Part shown: positions 40,090 to 51,195 of the stretch, piece by piece
Layout: every line of letters begins with the position of its first letter
Position numbering within the stretch: the stretch's first letter is position 1
DNA from: an uncultured delta proteobacterium
Lineage (GTDB): Bacteria > Desulfobacterota > Desulfobaccia > Desulfobaccales > 0-14-0-80-60-11
Direction: 5' to 3'
Assembly: GCA_963812015.1 (NCBI GenBank)
Contig: CAWETI010000002.1
Span: forward strand, 864,001 to 928,000
DNA: 64,000 nt
The notes under the pieces: model-generated
Database searches by the model: none
Seen by the model: only the letters and a program-made list of their open reading frames with translations
What the model was told of the DNA's origin: nothing
Made by a program: the position numbers and the translations under genes

Positions 40090-41730
40090 ATGACGACACC
40101 CTCAACCTTTATTCGTTATTCCCTGCGGAACCGGCTGTTTGTCCTGGCCGGGGCTACCTTTGTGCTCTGCGCCGTGGTCATCCTGTTGTTCTTTCCCCTG
40201 CTTAACCTCACCCTGACCGGCCTCCAGGACCGCACCCTCAAGTCCATGCAAGAGGGCACCGAAGTGGAAGCCACCACCATCGCCCGGCTGCTGGTCCTGG
40301 AATTCTCATCCCTCAAGGGGTTGATGCAGGTGACCCCGACCTCGAACACCGAGGTGGATCAGTGGATCAAGGATCTGTTGTGGGAGAAGGTCACTTTCAA
40401 TGAAATCATCGAGGGGATCGAGCTGATCCAGGGGCAGCCGGACGTCCTGGGTCAACACCTGACGTACCTGTTTTATCGCCGGGAGGCCCCGGAACTGAAG
40501 CCCATGGACGGCCCCCAGAAAATCTTGAAGTCCTTTGAGGGCCTGGAACAAGACCTCATCAACAGCATCAATGAGCAGCAGCGGGTGGACAACGCCCTCC
40601 AGGAATCCGTCAATCGGGGCCCCAAACAAGAAGGGGCGATGCTGCTGCGCTACATGCCGGTGTACGTGCTGCTGGCGGATGAAGGGGCGGTTTACTGGGG
40701 CGTGGCCAAAATCGGCATCGATACCAGCCGCATGCGCCACCTGCTCGCCCTCCAGAGCGAAGAACAGGACCGCATCCGCAATGCCATCTGGATAGAGATC
40801 ATCCTGAGCCTGTTCATCTCCGGCCTTCTGGCCATGAGCCTCATCTACGTCTGGGTGCGCTATATTACCGAGCCCTTGAAAAACCTCAGCGTGGTGGCGG
40901 CGGATTTGCGAGGCGCCAAACCCGAGGAATTCGACCTCTGGCTGGAGAACCTCAAGCGGCTGGACCCCCAGGGGCAGGTGGAGGTGATGGCGATCCAGCA
41001 AGTCCTGGAACGACTGGGCGCGGCGGTGCCCAAGCTGGGCCAGCGGCTGATTGACAGGGAAGCCCGGGCCTGCCTGGGCGAGGTGATGGCCAGGGGGCTC
41101 CCGGCCCTCAAGGCCTGGCTGGCCGAACTGCGGGATCTGGAGCAGGAACCGGCTCCCGGGGCCCCACGCCCCACCGGCGGGAAGTCGGCGGAGATTCGGG
41201 CCAGAATCGACACGGTGTTGGATGATGTCGCCCACTTTGGGGCGGACCCGCCAGGGGAGTGGGATCAACTGGATTTAACCCCGGGGCTGGAGCGGGCCTG
41301 GCGCCTGGCGACCCTAAGGCTGCCGGCGGAAGTCACGTTGCACCTTTCCCTCGCGCCCCTGCCACCGGTTTGGGGGGTGGCGGCGGAGCTGAGCCTGGCG
41401 GCGCTCTATCTCCTGACCTTTGCGGTGGAGCTGCTGCCCCCGGGCGGGGACCTGGGACTGACGGCGGAGCCCACGCCGGCGGCAGGGGTGCGCCTGACGG
41501 TCTGGGTTTCCGGAGCCCGCCGCTCGCCGGCCGAATGCCAGGAGTGGCTGAATCCTTTCACCGATCCGGACAAAATCCAGGGAAGCTTGGGTCCGGCCCT
41601 GGCCGCGGCCATCGCCGCGCAGCACGGCGGCAGTCTCACGGTGGCCCCCCGGGAACCGGGCGGCGCGGCATTTTCCCTGGAATTGCCCCCCCCGGCGGTG
41701 GCCCAGGAATCCCATGAACCTTTTATCTAA
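40090..41730 (+). CDS. Membrane sensor with degenerate histidine kinase core (pseudokinase)
   Basis: Two TM segments, periplasmic domain, HAMP-like region and HATPase-like tail (NPF, GSLG..AAAIAAQHGG.L.V...GG.AF.L.LP), but no H-box His, N-box Asn or G1 Asp. Confidence 0.7.
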   Translation: MTTPSTFIRYSLRNRLFVLAGATFVLCAVVILLFFPLLNLTLTGLQDRTLKSMQEGTEVEATTIARLLVLEFSSLKGLMQVTPTSNTEVDQWIKDLLWEKVTFNEIIEGIELIQGQPDVLGQHLTYLFYRREAPELKPMDGPQKILKSFEGLEQDLINSINEQQRVDNALQESVNRGPKQEGAMLLRYMPVYVLLADEGAVYWGVAKIGIDTSRMRHLLALQSEEQDRIRNAIWIEIILSLFISGLLAMSLIYVWVRYITEPLKNLSVVAADLRGAKPEEFDLWLENLKRLDPQGQVEVMAIQQVLERLGAAVPKLGQRLIDREARACLGEVMARGLPALKAWLAELRDLEQEPAPGAPRPTGGKSAEIRARIDTVLDDVAHFGADPPGEWDQLDLTPGLERAWRLATLRLPAEVTLHLSLAPLPPVWGVAAELSLAALYLLTFAVELLPPGGDLGLTAEPTPAAGVRLTVWVSGARRSPAECQEWLNPFTDPDKIQGSLGPALAAAIAAQHGGSLTVAPREPGGAAFSLELPPPAVAQESHEPFI

Positions 41731-42529
41731 ACTGATCAGGGCCCTGGGTGAGCTCCTGGGGCGGGCCTGGGGCCGGCTCGGCGCCCAGGTGTCCCGGATG
41801 CTGGGCATCTGCGCCCTGTTCTATCGCCTCCTCTTGGGTCTCTTCTCAGGTCCCGCCTGCCCGCGCCTGTTGTTCCGGGAACTGAGCCGCCAGGTGTATT
41901 ATACCGCCATCCGGGGGTCGTATATCCTGGTCTTTACCTCTCTCATGCTGGGTATGCTGGTGATCGTCCATGCCACCCAGCAGCTGGTCAAGGTCCAGGG
42001 GGAGGAGTTCGTCGGCTGGTTGCTGGTCACCATCGTGGTGCGGGAGGCGGGGCCGGTGTGGGCCGCCTTTTTCGTCTTGCTCCATTCCGGCGGCGTTATT
42101 ACGGTGGAGATCGGCACCATGTCGGTGAACCGGGAGATCCAGGCCTTGCAGATGATGGGCATCGACCCCCATCGTTACCTTGGGGTGCCCCGTTTCTGGG
42201 GGCTCACCATCAGCCTGTTATCCTTGTATATCCTGTGCGTGTTCGCCGCCATCATCGGGGGGTATCTCTTCGCCCAGGCGTTTGCCGAGATCTTCTGGGC
42301 CAAATTCTGGCTGTCGTTCATCAATGCCCTCCAGTGGATCGACCTGAGCGTGGGCTTTGCCAAGACCACCATCTTCGGCATGATCATCGCCACCGTGTCC
42401 ATCTATTTCGGCTTCAGCGCCCGGGACCACATGGGCGAGGTGGCCCAGAACACCTCCCAGGCGGCTATCTGGAGCCTGGTGCTCATCGGCGTCACGGATA
42501 TCATCATGACTTCGGCCTACTACCTGTGA
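41714..42529 (+). CDS. MlaE-family ABC permease
   Basis: VREAGP, G..IT.EIGTM.V..EI.AL..MGIDP.RYL.VPR. Confidence 0.88.
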   Translation: MNLLSKLIRALGELLGRAWGRLGAQVSRMLGICALFYRLLLGLFSGPACPRLLFRELSRQVYYTAIRGSYILVFTSLMLGMLVIVHATQQLVKVQGEEFVGWLLVTIVVREAGPVWAAFFVLLHSGGVITVEIGTMSVNREIQALQMMGIDPHRYLGVPRFWGLTISLLSLYILCVFAAIIGGYLFAQAFAEIFWAKFWLSFINALQWIDLSVGFAKTTIFGMIIATVSIYFGFSARDHMGEVAQNTSQAAIWSLVLIGVTDIIMTSAYYL

Positions 42530-42565
42530 GCGGCCCGGGCCGGCCTTGAGGCGCAACGGCACCCT

Positions 42566-43288
42566 ATGCTACATTATGCCTTGAACCTGGATATGGTCAC
42601 CCTGTCGGAAGATGCCGCGGCCTGGCCCGCGCCCCTGTCCCTGGCGGTGGCCCTCAACGAGGTCGTGCTCATTGAGGGGGTCGGCCCGGCCGCCGGCGAC
42701 TCCCTGCTTAAAGTTGCGGCCACGCTTGCCTCCCCGGTGGCGGGAAGCGCCACCCATTGGGGCCGGGACGCCGCAACGCTCCCCCGGGAGGAGTTTTATC
42801 GCCTCCGGCGCCGCATCGCCTTGATCTCCCCCCGGCAGGTGCTCCTCCACCGTCTCAGCCTGGGGGAGAATATCGCCCTGGGTCCCTGCTATCACCTGGG
42901 ATACACGGAAACGGAGGCTTTGGCGGCCCACGCCGACTTATTGGCGCACCTGAAACTCCAGGCTCACCTGGACCGGTTCCCGGCCCAGGTGTCCGCCCCG
43001 GTCTATGCCCGGGCGGTGTGGGCCCGGGAGCTGGTAAAAGGGCCGGAATTGATCCTGGCGGCGATCTCCGGCGACCTGGCGGCCACCGGCGAGGCCGCCG
43101 GACTGGCCACGGTACTCCGGGATTACCTGACCGGGAGCGGCGCCGCGGCGCTGCTGCTGGGCGAGTCCCTGACATCCTTTTACCCCCTGGGGCATCGGCT
43201 CATGGGGCTGGAATCGGGGCAACTCCGGCCACGGCCGCTCCCGGAACACCGGGCCCGCCTCCTCACCGCGTACCTGCCCCTGGTTTGA
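42566..43288 (+). CDS. Degenerate ABC ATPase-like protein (MlaF-like)
   Basis: LRRRIA, LSLGENIAL, R.PAQ.S and ARELV..PELIL scaffold, but Walker A, signature and Walker B are all altered. Confidence 0.7.
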   Translation: MLHYALNLDMVTLSEDAAAWPAPLSLAVALNEVVLIEGVGPAAGDSLLKVAATLASPVAGSATHWGRDAATLPREEFYRLRRRIALISPRQVLLHRLSLGENIALGPCYHLGYTETEALAAHADLLAHLKLQAHLDRFPAQVSAPVYARAVWARELVKGPELILAAISGDLAATGEAAGLATVLRDYLTGSGAAALLLGESLTSFYPLGHRLMGLESGQLRPRPLPEHRARLLTAYLPLV

Positions 43289-43336
43289 CCGTGGGGGCAA
43301 GCGGCAAGGGAGATTGAGATTTTTAGAGGGCTCCAA

Positions 43337-43404
43337 GGTAACGGCCAAGATTTGCGCCGACCGCCATCAAACCAAGGTCAGATTAAATCTAACTGTCAGG
43401 GCTA
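43337..43404 (+). repeat. 68-nt dispersed intergenic repeat, copy A
   Basis: Ungapped alignment to 61882-61949, 51/68 identical by manual count. Confidence 0.7.
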
Positions 43405-43630
43405 TGTTTCCCCTGCCGGTGGGATTTGATCTGGAGCTATAATAAAAAAAATAAAAATATTGAATTTTTTGTTTTAAACCCGATATACATAACCGAACCT
43501 TGCATTTCAGGTTGGACATGGGGGCTTGAATTTCCTGGCGCCGGCTTCCGGTATCATGGCTACCGAGGGCCGCCGGGCTGGGCTTTGCAAGCGCCCGACC
43601 GGGCCGTATATTTCATTCAAGGAGTGCTTC

Positions 43631-44908
43631 GTGACCTACCCGTGTTTTCCATCACCCATCCGGAAACTTGCCCCCATGCTGCTGACCGCCCTGGTGGTGG
43701 CCTTCATCCTGGCAGGCTTCACGAACAACGGTCCCGGCGGCCTGGAGGCAGCCGAGACCGCCAAGACCGAACCCGCCGCCCCGGCCGCGACTGTTGCGCC
43801 GGCAACCCCGACGCCGATTCCCGAAGCAGCCAAGACCCCCGCTGCTCCCACGGTCCCGGCGGCTCCGCCGGTCGCGGCCCCCGCCGCCCCCGGTGCCCCT
43901 GCGACGCCGCCGCTCGCGGCTCCCGAGGCCGCGGAAACCCAGCCGGCGACTCCTGCCAAAACCAAGAAAGCGGCTAAAGGTAAGAAGGCCGCCAGGCAGG
44001 CCAAAGGGAAAAATGCCCCACCTCCCGGGAAAATAGCCCCCCCGGGCAAATACAACGCCGGCGAGGACCCCGAGTTTGCCCAACGCTGCGGCTGGCCGGT
44101 GAAAACCCCGCCGACGCTGCCGGGTTCGATCCTGCCGGGCAAGCGCATCGTCGCCTACTATGGCAACCCGCTGTCCAAGCGGATGGGGGCCCTGGGCGAG
44201 TACCCCAAGGACGAGATGCTGCGGCGGCTGAAGGGGGAAGCGGCCAAGTGGGAGAAGGCCGATCCGTCTCTGCCGGTCCAGCCCGCCCTGCACCTGATCG
44301 CGGTGGTGGCTCAGGGGGAGCCGGGCAAGGCCGGCAAGTACCGGATGGTCATGCCGGACAAAGTCATCAATGAGATGTATGGCTGGGCCAAAGAGGCGAA
44401 CGCCATCCTCTTCATCGACATCCAGACCGGCCATTCCGACATCCGCACCATCCTGCCGCGCTTTGAGTGGCTGCTGAAGAATCCCGACGTGCACCTGGCG
44501 ATGGACCCGGAGTTCAACATGATCAAGAGCGGCAAGAAGCCGGGGACCAAGATCGGCACCTATGACGCGGCGGACATCAACTATGCCGCCGGCTTCCTCC
44601 AGGAGCTGGTGAAAAAGTACAATCTCCCCCCCAAGGTGTTCATCGTGCACCGCTTCACCCGCAACATGGTCACCAATGCCGACAAGGTCACGCTCCGCCC
44701 CGAGGTCCAGATCGTCATGAACATGGATGGCTGGGGCGCCCCCTGGCTGAAGCGGGATTCCTACCGGGATTACATCGTCGCCCACCCGGTGGAGTATACC
44801 GGCTTCAAGCTCTTCTACCACAATGACACCAAGAAAGGCGACCCGCTGATGACGCCTCAGGATCTGCTGAACCTGAACCCGAAGCCGATTTACATTCAGT
44901 ACCAGTAA
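43631..44908 (+). CDS. Exported protein with Ala/Pro-rich linker and conserved C-terminal domain
   Basis: AAGGAG RBS with GTG start, signal-like segment, RIVAYYGNP, DIQ.G, HLA.DPEF, HRF, DGWG, GFKLFY. Confidence 0.75.
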   Translation: MTYPCFPSPIRKLAPMLLTALVVAFILAGFTNNGPGGLEAAETAKTEPAAPAATVAPATPTPIPEAAKTPAAPTVPAAPPVAAPAAPGAPATPPLAAPEAAETQPATPAKTKKAAKGKKAARQAKGKNAPPPGKIAPPGKYNAGEDPEFAQRCGWPVKTPPTLPGSILPGKRIVAYYGNPLSKRMGALGEYPKDEMLRRLKGEAAKWEKADPSLPVQPALHLIAVVAQGEPGKAGKYRMVMPDKVINEMYGWAKEANAILFIDIQTGHSDIRTILPRFEWLLKNPDVHLAMDPEFNMIKSGKKPGTKIGTYDAADINYAAGFLQELVKKYNLPPKVFIVHRFTRNMVTNADKVTLRPEVQIVMNMDGWGAPWLKRDSYRDYIVAHPVEYTGFKLFYHNDTKKGDPLMTPQDLLNLNPKPIYIQYQ

Positions 44909-44934
44909 GCGCGGGTCGAATCCAGACCCCGAAA

Positions 44935-44980
44935 TAAAAAGGGGAGAGGCTGTCTTGCCCAGACAGCCTCTCCTTTTTTT
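44935..44980 (+). terminator. Rho-independent terminator (bidirectional)
   Basis: A-tract, GGAGAGGCTGTCT-loop-AGACAGCCTCTCC, T-tract. Confidence 0.85.
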
Positions 44981-45450
44981 GGAAACTCGGCGGGTCGGCG
45001 GGATCAGGCCTCTTGCGCCTCGTCGCCCTTGGTGGAGGCAGGAAAATACACTTTTATTTTATACAGCTTGCATGACCAAAATTTCTCTAAAATATTAAGC
45101 AGTTGAAGGGATGATCCACAGAGTGCAACCCATTCAAAATGGTCTTTAGGAGCGCATCAATAGCAGATCGCGACACATCCGCTTTGAACTCTAATCAACA
45201 CCCTCTACCAAAAGATTGATCGGCTCCAACCCGGCCCAAAAATTTTCAAAGTCTAAGCATACCACCGATCCTGCCAAGGGAAAAATCATTGTTTTCCCCT
45301 ACCAGAAATCAGTAATTTTACCTATTTTAGCAACTGTAAAAACGTATTAAATAAGAGGCACATTAAAGATGGTTCGAAAAAATAAATCAACATGAAAAAA
45401 TTCAAAACCACAGGGAAGAATCAAAACCCATAAAAAGAAGAGGGAAAACA

Positions 45451-45615
45451 ATGGAAGGGATGAAGAATTTTTTCAGGGATGAGTCTGGTGCGACGGCGGT
45501 GGAGTACGGTCTGATGGTAGCGTTGATTTCTGCGGTTATCGTTACCACCGTTACTACCCTTGGGACTAAAGTCAAAACTTCCTTCACAACCGTGAGTAAC
45601 GCCATGGGCAGTTAA
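45451..45615 (+). CDS. flp: Flp-family (Tad-type) pilin, 54 aa
   Basis: MEGMKNFFRDESG|ATAVEYGLMVALISAVIV...; GAGGG RBS; too short for the supplied ORF track. Confidence 0.92.
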   Translation: MEGMKNFFRDESGATAVEYGLMVALISAVIVTTVTTLGTKVKTSFTTVSNAMGS

Positions 45616-45811
45616 GAAACGCCATCTCAAGTGCAGTACAAGTATTGGGGGCCTTGCTGCACCCCTGCCAGGTCCCGCAGGTTAAGACTGACTGGCATGG
45701 TTGATGAACCGGAAACAAGTCTTAATCCCTTCCCCTGGTGGGAGGGGATGGGGAAATAACTGCTGGGAAAAAAATTCTGTATCCCCCCCCGCACCCTAAC
45801 CCTTGTATGTT

Positions 45812-46973
<1,162 letters not shown>

Positions 46974-47549
46974 CATCTAACACAGTCGCTCCTCCCTCAA
47001 GGGGGTGTATTATATTGACTTTTTTCGAGGTCATCAGGGTGAGAACAGGAAACGTTCCGGCAAGATCCGGTGATCCGGGGAAAGCCGCAGCGGTATTCGT
47101 TAGCCAAAGAGAACAATCCTGCAACTTTCTGGAGTTCAGGTATGCATGAGACCTAAAGAGTCGTAGAGAACCTTTCCGGATTTGGTTCAAATCACATGAG
47201 GGACTTGAAAGGAGCTAAGGAAGTATAGTGGGTTACTTGTCAATATTAGAAAATTCTTGGAAAAGGCAAATAATTGACGATATGATCCGCATAACGAAAC
47301 GGGTGCTTGGTGGGGGGATTTGCAGATTTGACTGGTTAAAGAACATCAAAAAAGCCGGAAGAGAATATATCTTAAAAATTTCTTCTCATATTACCTCTGG
47401 ATGGAGAGGTTGTCCGGTAAACTCTTGACCATTACGGTTGATTGCCGGGCTGCAATTTAATCAGGTAATATTCTGTGAGGGCGGACCCTTGGGCCCAGGT
47501 GCTGAGGGCACACACCTGGGTCCGCTCCAGGAGAAAACGGCATTATCTG

Positions 47550-48230
47550 CTACTTGCGGCTCCGGGCGGCCTCGGAGGTGTCAGTGATGATCCGGGCCGA
47601 GACCTGCTCCATGGCTCGGCTCATGGCCTGAGCCAACCCCTCGGGGGTTTTCTCCGGCATGGGCTCCAGGACCCGGTAGTTTTTCTGGAAGACCACCCGC
47701 TGGGGAAGTTCCTCCTGGTTGGTATCCAGGAGCGTGACCGTCAGGGCCAGGGCCGCCTTCCAGCTTCCGGGCTCATCGATTTCCTGAAATTCCGCTACGC
47801 CCCCCTCCAGCTTGAACCGGTGCTTGCCACTGCCTTCCGGGCCAAACACGGCCTTAAAGAGGCCCGCATCCCTGAAGTCCCGGAGGAGATAGTCGGTGAC
47901 CAGGTAGCCGGGATTGACCCGCCAGCGGCTGTAATTATAGACCTGGCTTTTGAAGGGTTGGGGCTGGTAGACCATGGCGTTGGTGTTGAAGGCCTGGGCC
48001 ACGGAGAATAGATCCACCTTGACGGCCTCCGGGATTTTGGCTCGGCCGCCCGCCGACGGCGCCGGGTATTCCAGGATGTACTGGTTGACCAGCATGGGGG
48101 GCTTGCCGCAGCCGCTCCCCAGGAAAACCAGCAGGGCCGCCAACAGCGACAGGAGCCCGGACGGTCTGGCCAACCGACCCTGGCAGGGTCGCTTCAGGGG
48201 CTTGGGACTCGGGTCAGTCATGGCCTTCAT
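47550..48230 (-). CDS. ABC transport auxiliary lipoprotein (PqiC-like)
   Basis: Lipobox GSG-C, Y..SRW..NP motif, position directly after MlaD. Confidence 0.8.
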   Translation of the reverse strand: MKAMTDPSPKPLKRPCQGRLARPSGLLSLLAALLVFLGSGCGKPPMLVNQYILEYPAPSAGGRAKIPEAVKVDLFSVAQAFNTNAMVYQPQPFKSQVYNYSRWRVNPGYLVTDYLLRDFRDAGLFKAVFGPEGSGKHRFKLEGGVAEFQEIDEPGSWKAALALTVTLLDTNQEELPQRVVFQKNYRVLEPMPEKTPEGLAQAMSRAMEQVSARIITDTSEAARSRK

Positions 48231-49123
48231 TCATTCCACCTTTTCTTGGGGGGCTTGCCGAACAAGAGGTCCGAGGGCCGGTCATAGATCCTCTGGAGCA
48301 GCATCTCCATGGCCTCCGAACTCTGGCGCAGGTTATTGCTGGTGGATTCCAGTTCACGGGTGATCTGCCGGACATTTCCCAGGGTAGCCGGAAGCTTCAT
48401 GGCCAGGACCTGGTCGTTGACGGTGGTCAGCAGAGTGCGGGCCCCTTTGATGGCGTCCCGGGCTTCAGCCATGGTCTTATCCAGCCCGGCTTCGCCCAAG
48501 ATCTTGTCCGCCCGGGCGGTGAGCCGGTCCAGGTTGCCGGCGACGGTATCCACCCTGGCCAGGATGCTGGTGACCTGTTTGCCTTTGATAAGGTCTTCCA
48601 TGGCCTTGGTAGTGGCGATCAACTGGTTGGAAATGCCCTTGGTATCGATCTCGTTGAACTTCTTCACGATCTCGTTAACCCCGGCAACGAGTCTCTGCAT
48701 TTCGCCAGGGCGGGTCGGAATGATGGGATACTCCGAGGGAAAGTCGAGCTTGGGAGAGAGGTCCGGCTCCCCGGGTTTTTTGAGGTCCAGTTCCACGAAC
48801 ATGATGCCGGTGATCCCCGCGGCTTTCAGCTGGGCCACGGCATTTTTTTGCAGGTTATCCCGCATATTGATCTTCATAGCCACGCCGATGAGCCGGTTAT
48901 CGGGGGCCACCCGGATAGTTTGCACCATGCCCACTTCGACCCCCCGAAACTTGACGGCGGAATCCACCTGGAGGCCCTGCACCGACTCGTCGAAGTAGCT
49001 GACGTAGGTTATCCCCTTCTGAAAGTAGCTGGTGGCGCCCACCCAGATGACGGCGACGACGCCCATGAGGACGCCCAGGAGCACAAATACCCCGATGATC
49101 AGATTGGTGGATTGTTTGGCCAT
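48227..49123 (-). CDS. MlaD/MCE-family protein
   Basis: IGVFV TM, SVQGL..S.VKFRGV.VG.V, GITG..FVEL, helical C-terminus. Confidence 0.9.
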   Translation of the reverse strand: MAKQSTNLIIGVFVLLGVLMGVVAVIWVGATSYFQKGITYVSYFDESVQGLQVDSAVKFRGVEVGMVQTIRVAPDNRLIGVAMKINMRDNLQKNAVAQLKAAGITGIMFVELDLKKPGEPDLSPKLDFPSEYPIIPTRPGEMQRLVAGVNEIVKKFNEIDTKGISNQLIATTKAMEDLIKGKQVTSILARVDTVAGNLDRLTARADKILGEAGLDKTMAEARDAIKGARTLLTTVNDQVLAMKLPATLGNVRQITRELESTSNNLRQSSEAMEMLLQRIYDRPSDLLFGKPPKKRWNE

Positions 49124-49124
49124 G

Positions 49125-49922
49125 TCAGGTTCCTTGGGGCGCGGGTCCGGATGCCGGCCGGCGGTTAAAAAAGTTCAACACCCGCTGGTCGGTGGAGTGG
49201 TCCTTCAACTCCCGGGGATCGCCTTCGGCAATGATGCCCTGAGCGGTTTTGTCCAGCATAATCACCCGATGGGCGATATTAAAAATAGACTCCAGTTCAT
49301 GGGTGACAATTACCATGGTGGTTCCCATCCCGGCATTGAGGCTTTTGATCAAATTGTCCAGTTCCACCGAAGTGATGGGGTCCAGCCCGGCGGAGGGCTC
49401 ATCGAAGAAGAGGATCGTGGGGTCCAGGGCCATGGCCCGGGCTAGCCCGGCCCGCTTCTTCATGCCCCCGGAGATCTCCGAGGGCAGGTGGTTTTCATAC
49501 CCCGCCAGGCTTACCAGCCCCAGCTTCATCCTGACGATGAGTTCGACGGTGGCCGCATTCAGGTCGGTGTATTCCTGGAGGGGCAGGGCCACATTCTCCG
49601 CCAGGGTCATGGAACCGAAGAGAGCCCCGGACTGAAAGAGCACCCCGAGGTCCATGCGTAACCGGCGCAAGATGCGGTCGTTATCGGTATTGACGTCGAC
49701 GCCGTTGATCAGGACATGACCGGCGGCGGGTTTATAGAGACCGATCAGATGTTTCAGCATGGTGGACTTGCCGCAGCCGCTGCCGCCCAGGATCACCAAA
49801 ATCTCACCCTGGTTGACCTGAAAGCTGACCCGGTCAAAAATGGTATTGTTTCCGAAGCGGGCCGTCAAGTGGTCCACAACGATGACCGGGGCTTTGGTCG
49901 GGTTGGTCACAGGCGTATCCAT
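49125..49922 (-). CDS. MlaF-like ABC ATPase
   Basis: GGSGCGKST, ISGGMKKR, FFDEP, VTH. Confidence 0.92.
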   Translation of the reverse strand: MDTPVTNPTKAPVIVVDHLTARFGNNTIFDRVSFQVNQGEILVILGGSGCGKSTMLKHLIGLYKPAAGHVLINGVDVNTDNDRILRRLRMDLGVLFQSGALFGSMTLAENVALPLQEYTDLNAATVELIVRMKLGLVSLAGYENHLPSEISGGMKKRAGLARAMALDPTILFFDEPSAGLDPITSVELDNLIKSLNAGMGTTMVIVTHELESIFNIAHRVIMLDKTAQGIIAEGDPRELKDHSTDQRVLNFFNRRPASGPAPQGT

Positions 49923-49967
49923 GAGATCTTTGTACTCTGCCCGGGTTTCCCCGGGTCCTGCCTCCGC

Positions 49968-51104
49968 CTAAATGTGGAGATACTGGAAAACCAGAGCGAA
50001 GGCCGAATCCGTAACAATGATGAGAAAAATCGCCGCTACCACCGCGGAGGTGGTGGCCGCGCCCACCGCTTCGGCCCCGCCTTTGACCTCAAAGCCCCGC
50101 TGGCAGCCGATCCCGGCGATGAGCACGGCAAAGACGCCGGATTTTATCAGGCTGGTGATGATATCCAGCAAGGTCAGGCTTCTTTGGGTTTCCTTCAAAT
50201 AAGTGTAGGCCGTCAGGTCCAACCCCAGGATGCCCACGATCATGCCGCCCAAGATGCCGAATAGGTCGGCATAGAGGGTGAGCAGGGGCACCACGATCAT
50301 GGCCGCCAGCACCTTGGGGACGGCCAGGAACCGGATGGGGCTGAAACCCATGGTGGTAAGGGCATCCACCTCTTCGTTGACCATCATGGTGCCGATTTCC
50401 GCGGCAAAGGCCGATCCCGACCGCCCGGCCACCAGGATGGCGGTCATGATGGGCCCCAGTTCCTTGACAATGGCAATGGCCAACAGCGAAGCCACATATA
50501 TATTGGCTCCGAACTGTTTGAGCTGAAGAGACGACATAAAGGCCAGAATAAGGCCGAGGAGGAGGCTGATGAGGCCGACGATGGGCAGCCCGTCCACGCC
50601 GGCCCGCTTCATGTAGGCGAGGACGTCCTGCCACCGCACCGCCCGGGGATGAAAGAACACATGGGTCAGGGCCCCCAGGAGTTCCCCCAGGAAGCTCAAT
50701 ACCTGCTTAAAGTCGTCGAGGATCGTGAGGGTGGCCTCACCCACCCGTTCCAGGATATTGCCGGTCTGGCGATCGGTGATGAGCGGCGGCGTGGTAAGGG
50801 CTCGGGGGTCAATGAGCCCCATGATCCCCCGGGCCTTGTCGGTGAGATTGACGAATTTAAAGGCCACCGACCGGCCCCGGGCGTTGATCTCCAGTTCCAC
50901 CAGGGCCAGGGCCCCGGCGCTGTCCAGGTAGTCGACGCCGGCCAGGTCCACCGTGAGGCTGGCGGGGATCAGTTGCCGGAGCCGGGTCTGGATCTCGGAA
51001 GTGAAGGACTGCAGATTATCCAGGGCGACCCGGCCGGACACGGCGAAGGTGACGGTTTTGCCTCTATCGCCGCTAACCTGAATAGTATAACCGTGCCCTG
51101 GCAC
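49968..51104 (-). CDS. STAS-MlaE fusion permease
   Basis: N-terminal DL.GVDYLDSAG (STAS) followed by ELGP..TAIL.AGRSGSAFAAEIG. Confidence 0.9.
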   Translation of the reverse strand: MPGHGYTIQVSGDRGKTVTFAVSGRVALDNLQSFTSEIQTRLRQLIPASLTVDLAGVDYLDSAGALALVELEINARGRSVAFKFVNLTDKARGIMGLIDPRALTTPPLITDRQTGNILERVGEATLTILDDFKQVLSFLGELLGALTHVFFHPRAVRWQDVLAYMKRAGVDGLPIVGLISLLLGLILAFMSSLQLKQFGANIYVASLLAIAIVKELGPIMTAILVAGRSGSAFAAEIGTMMVNEEVDALTTMGFSPIRFLAVPKVLAAMIVVPLLTLYADLFGILGGMIVGILGLDLTAYTYLKETQRSLTLLDIITSLIKSGVFAVLIAGIGCQRGFEVKGGAEAVGAATTSAVVAAIFLIIVTDSAFALVFQYLHI

Positions 51105-51195
51105 TCTGGCGGTTTCCTTTACGTTCGGGGCAAGATTCTATGCCTGCCGCCGAAGGGGCCTATCTGGTAGCGCACAAGCATCCGGGGGGCGGGGC

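Noticed and set aside
45000..45450. c-di-GMP riboswitch upstream of flp
   Set aside because: No GGCAAA...GACGCAAAGC-type signature found.
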